NCBI GenBank assembly: GCA_030264375.1
Contig: JASCQW010000175.1
Coordinates: forward strand, 8,801,950-8,865,949
DNA from: Carcharhinus longimanus
Lineage: Eukaryota
DNA: 64,000 nt
Direction of reading: 5' to 3'
The notes beneath the pieces are model-generated. The model was not told where the DNA came from, did no database searches, and saw only the letters and a program-made list of their open reading frames with translations. Shown piece by piece: positions 62,327 through 64,000 of this stretch. The position numbers were made by a program, and so were the translations under genes. Numbering within the stretch: the stretch's first letter is position 1; every line of letters begins with the position of its first letter.

Positions 62327-64000
62327 GTAAGGATCTGGAGCCCCTCTTTACTCCCATAGGGTAGTTAGTAACCCTCTATAGCCTCTCAGTCTCCAATAAT
62401 CCCCCAAACACCCCCATAAATCACCACAAAAATAACGGCACATTAAAAAAAAGCATCTTATGGAATTTCCAAACAAAACTCCCAAAAGGTGTCTGTCCTG
62501 AAATAATGCGGAAACTTCTGAGTTCAATAGTGCCGGACTCTGGAGAGTCTGAATATCGAACAAGATCGAAGAGGATCTGGGAGAACCATTCGGATTTGCA
62601 GCCTGGAACATTCAAAAATGTAATAAAAAACATTTTAAAGAGGGGGAGGAATAGAACAGCGAGAGGGTTTAAACTGGCTGCTGAATCTGTAATAAGACAG
62701 GCAGGCTCCGAGGAATAGCAAGCTGCTACTGAGACAGAAGCAATACAAGTGATTTGGAAAGGGATTGGATTGGTGCTGTGAGCAAAGGGCAGTGGGTTAG
62801 AGCCAGAGCTAGCAGGCTTCCATCACATTTCTCGGTTTTTAAAGATCTCTTCCCTTTTACAAGCACCACCCGGTGACAATGGGAGCAGCCACTGGTACAC
62901 ACGCTGCTCCTTTCACTCCGTTATCTCTGTGCTGAACTCCGCTCAGAATCTCAGATCATTCCACTATCCAGGTAAAGGAGATTGTTCTGACTAAATCTCG
63001 CTGAGCTGGAAAACTTTCTCTCCTCCGCTGAAGCTGCCAGCCCTGCTGAGTATTTACAGCATTTTCCCCTCTTTATTTTAAATTTCCGTTTTTTTGTGTG
63101 TTAATGATATTGACAGTTGGCAGATTCAGGGTTAGGGACAGGCTGGGAGCCCCAGAAGGTGGAGTCCGTCTTAGTGACATTGAACGAAGATCATCCTCTC
63201 TGCTTCAACTTAGTTCAACGATTTTTAAGAATTTGCTGAGTTTGGTGTTCAATCACAGAAAGTAAAATCTGGAGAGCCTTTTTAATCATGTGATGTGAAT
63301 ACATTGCCAATTAACCTCTCTAGTCCAGATAAGGAACAGTCTAAAATACCCAATCTCATTCCAACATGTGGTCATTTTTTTTAAAAGCCATTTTTTAAAA
63401 TAATCATTATTTTCTGTTTCTCTGTTATTTCTCTCCACAGTACAGATTTTCTTTTCCCTCTACCTGATCTGACTCTAGTTCACCCTCTTCTCCACCCCTT
63501 CCTCGCAATTTCTTTTTCAATCCTGAAGTCTCATTGGTTGCGATGTGGTGTTTAGATCTGCCTTTGGGTAATACCTCCGTGTCATGATGCTCCCAGCATG
63601 CTGTTCCCGGCTCACAGTTCCAGCAGGGTAGACTGTAAAACAATGCTGACGGGTTCATGAAAACGTCTAGCTAACAATCCTCTCAAGCAATACTGTGCCT
63701 GAAATGTTGCAGTTGCTATCATTGCTAAAATGCACAACACAATGATTAAAATATGCAGCCTTCCTACAGGGAAAATAAAACTAAATAATTCAAAGTATAT
63801 TGCTAACTCAGAAATGGTCCTTGTGTAAGGAAAAGGATAGATTAGGGATGTGTTTGGAAGGGAGTAACTGAAAGAAAGTTGCCTTCTTTTGGGGATGGGA
63901 CCAGGGATTGCTTACAGAAGGACAGTGGATGACTGACTGGGCTCCAGAACGGGCAAAGACCAGTGAGTTAGAGAGGAGAACTGTCACCAGGGCAAAAGGC

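Noticed and set aside
1-64000. Known miRNA hairpins, RE1/NRSE site, CRISPR or prokaryotic systems
   Set aside because: None recognised by eye; eukaryotic DNA. A miRBase/Rfam search is needed to exclude small RNAs properly

Overview
Vertebrate genomic DNA, almost certainly a cartilaginous fish (HE1-type V-SINEs, CR1/HER1-type LINEs and Deu-domain SINEs), from a gapped scaffold with several 100-N spacers. The only clear protein-coding sequence is exon 1 of a tachykinin receptor gene (NK3/TACR3-like, + strand, 61848-62326), split at the conserved DR|Y intron. Divergent from it, the minus strand carries a probable Pol II promoter near 50.2 kb (CRE plus oriented YY1 motifs) and a chain of small, mostly non-coding, canonically spliceable exons running from at least 51.6 kb to 3.3 kb. 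This is an unidentified multi-exon lncRNA or very long 5' leader. It has uORFs, a candidate recursive splice site, a second internal promoter near 7.4 kb and an exon apparently hidden in an N gap. The introns contain CR1, RTE, Gypsy, LTR, MITE and SINE relics, plus several ~100-nt hammerhead-ribozyme-bearing (Penelope-type) insertions, three with 13-15 bp target-site duplications. Exon calls rest on splice-site reading by eye only; family names come from recall, not database searches.
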